Assembly: GCA_950097015.1 (NCBI GenBank)
Contig: CATNEN010000038.1
Coordinates: 23,002,001-23,066,000 of the forward strand
Length of the DNA: 64,000 nt
From: Macrostomum hystrix
Lineage: Eukaryota; Animalia; Platyhelminthes
Direction: 5' to 3'
The translations under genes were made by a program, and so were the position numbers. Position 1 is the first letter of the stretch; the number at the start of each line of letters is the position of its first letter. Shown one piece after another: positions 62,135 to 64,000 of the stretch. The notes beneath the pieces are model-generated. The model was not told the DNA's origin and did no database searches. It saw only the letters and a program-made list of their open reading frames with translations.

Positions 62135-62479
62135 TACCACCACTACCACCACCACCAGCAGATATAGCTATCTATTAATACTAATTAGGTAAAAAACATA
62201 TTTTTATTGTTTTATATCATTAAAGTCTATAACATATTTCCTTAAACAAATATTTTAGTGCTTACTTTACCTAGTTAGCCCTCTGTAGCTTATGGAAATA
62301 TGTATTTTACTAGATAAATGACAATATTATTTCTAGTTTCATTGTGCGCTTTTATTTATTGCAAATTTATGATTCTTGTTATGCTAAACTAAGGATTAGC
62401 TCTCGTGAAATCAGATTTACATTTAATATTTGCCATATCAATATCCTTAATCCAGGCCATTACACCTGACTATTTCTAG

Positions 62480-63928
62480 GAAACTGCCAATTCACCAATC
62501 TGTGGCATCTGCACCAACTCTGGTTCAGTTGGCAGGTACACATGCCCAAAATGTGGCATAGCCTACTGTTCAGTAGCATGCTACCGACACGAGCGACACT
62601 CGGCCTGCTCCGAGGCATTCTATCGCGACTGCTGCCTGGAGTCCCTGCGCGGCGAGATGGTCGGCTCTGCTGAGAGGCGTGCTATGGCCGACGTGCTGCG
62701 TCGTCGACTAGCTCAGGAGGCAGAGGAGAACGCACTTGACAATGTGCTAGACGATGAGGACGAAGACGACGAAGAAGACGATCTGGCCAGTCGGCTAGCT
62801 GGCGTTGATCTTGACTCTGACGAACTCGACACTGACGCAATCTGGCGCCTGCTCACCCCAAGCGAGCGTCGGCGCTTTGTACGCAGTTTAGAGACTGGCG
62901 AATGCGCCGACTGCCTGCCAGATGTAGCGCCCTGGTGGCAAGGCCCGGTGCGCGACGCTGACAGAGAGCCGCCATTAGCTAAGCCGGATACCACTCTATT
63001 GGCTAGCCTGGCACCTGGGGCATCAAACAAATCGCCTAGTCCTCTGATGCCGCTAGTTCTGCTTGAAGCCCTGCTTGCCTACGCTTACGCTATGCGACTG
63101 AGCAACTGCGACCTGACTGACTGTCCCGATCAGCTGATCACCTGCTGCCGTCTGCTGTGGCCCTGCTTACCCGGCAACACAGCCACCCCAACCTCCGCCG
63201 ACAAGACAGCCACCCCAACCTTTGTCGCTAAGACAGCAACACCAACCTCCGCCGATAGGACAACCACCCCAACCTCCGCCGCTAAGACAGCAACACCAAC
63301 CTCCGCCGCTAAGACAACCACCCCAACCTCCGCCGCTAAGACAGCAACACCAACCTCCGCCGCTAAGACAACCACCCCAACCTCCGCCGCTAAGACAGCA
63401 ACACCAACCTCCGCCGCTAAGACAGCAACACCAACCTCCGCCGCTAAGACAGCAACACCAACCTCCGCCGCTAAGACAGCAACACCAACCTCCGCCGCTA
63501 AGACAGCAACACCAACCTCCGCCGCTTCGTCCAACTCGCCGCTCGCCACTGTGGATCTAACAATAGCCAGATTCTTGCACCGTTTACAGACGCACGCTCG
63601 CCAGCTGTGCTATTCCAATTCGTTGTTCTTAGCCTGCTTGCACGACGCTGTCAGGCTGTTAAATCAGGACCGCAGTCTTAGCTATCTGGAGCGAGCTCTG
63701 GGTGATTTGAAAGCTGCCTTGCAATTTAGCCGCACTCGCTATGCTCGGTTGGCTATTAAACGATTGGACTTCATCGTTGCTTGGCTAGTCTCCGGCGGCG
63801 ACAACCAAGTTGTTAAACAATTGAATAGTTACACTCTGTGTAGCCAACTGGTGCCGTTACTAGAACTAGCTATTTGTCAGTACGCCACAGATTTGGTCGC
63901 TAAGGAGCCGATTGATAAATTAGATTAG
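62480..63928 (+). CDS. ZNHIT2: Zinc finger HIT domain protein 2, single coding exon, with an inserted (TATPTSAAK)n repeat
   Basis: The frame extends 59 codons upstream of ATG 62657 and contains the zf-HIT CGIC...RYTCPKCGIAYCSVACYRHERHSACSEAFYRD, followed by LASRLAGVDLD, IWRLLTPSERRRF and PWW. Confidence 0.88.
   Translation, partial: ETANSPICGICTNSGSVGRYTCPKCGIAYCSVACYRHERHSACSEAFYRDCCLESLRGEMVGSAERRAMADVLRRRLAQEAEENALDNVLDDEDEDDEEDDLASRLAGVDLDSDELDTDAIWRLLTPSERRRFVRSLETGECADCLPDVAPWWQGPVRDADREPPLAKPDTTLLASLAPGASNKSPSPLMPLVLLEALLAYAYAMRLSNCDLTDCPDQLITCCRLLWPCLPGNTATPTSADKTATPTFVAKTATPTSADRTTTPTSAAKTATPTSAAKTTTPTSAAKTATPTSAAKTTTPTSAAKTATPTSAAKTATPTSAAKTATPTSAAKTATPTSAAKTATPTSAASSNSPLATVDLTIARFLHRLQTHARQLCYSNSLFLACLHDAVRLLNQDRSLSYLERALGDLKAALQFSRTRYARLAIKRLDFIVAWLVSGGDNQVVKQLNSYTLCSQLVPLLELAICQYATDLVAKEPIDKLD
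63178..63525 (+). repeat. 27-bp coding minisatellite in ZNHIT2
   Basis: About 13 in-frame units of ACAGCAACACCAACCTCCGCCGCTAAG. Confidence 0.95.
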
Positions 63929-64000
63929 TCATTTAAGTACTTCCTGTGTCCGGTTTCAATCTTAAATAGAAGCATTTTATTGTGCATTTTTGTACTCGTA

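Overview
Eukaryotic (metazoan) DNA with GT-AG introns, many minisatellites and a tRNA-derived SINE. The overall character suggests a free-living flatworm such as Macrostomum; this is inference, not a database result. The left half (1-29 kb) is accessory: satellites, a decayed Ty3/Gypsy element, tandem duplications, and about 8 related ~60-aa micro-ORFs sharing a D-x-L-x-x-L-x-Q-L-[LQ] helix. The right half holds a SPAG6 pseudogene, a MARCH-like RING E3 ligase, a ~1090-aa Arg-rich secreted repeat protein, a co-oriented minus-strand run of claudin-like > BPNT2/IMPAD1 > PIGL > PIGW, and ZNHIT2 on the plus strand. Main observations: (1) PIGL and PIGW, which catalyse consecutive GPI-anchor steps, overlap stop-over-start, with no room for normal 3' processing between them. 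(2) PIGL, BPNT2 and ZNHIT2 have no in-frame genomic ATG at their conserved N-termini and begin exactly at phase-0 AG acceptors, as expected if a flatworm spliced leader supplies the AUG. (3) A CpG-retaining island at about 59-59.7 kb is flanked by strongly CpG-depleted DNA and is a candidate bidirectional promoter. (4) The micro-ORF family has TATA/Inr-like promoters and intact frames. Gene models were assembled by eye and need transcript confirmation.
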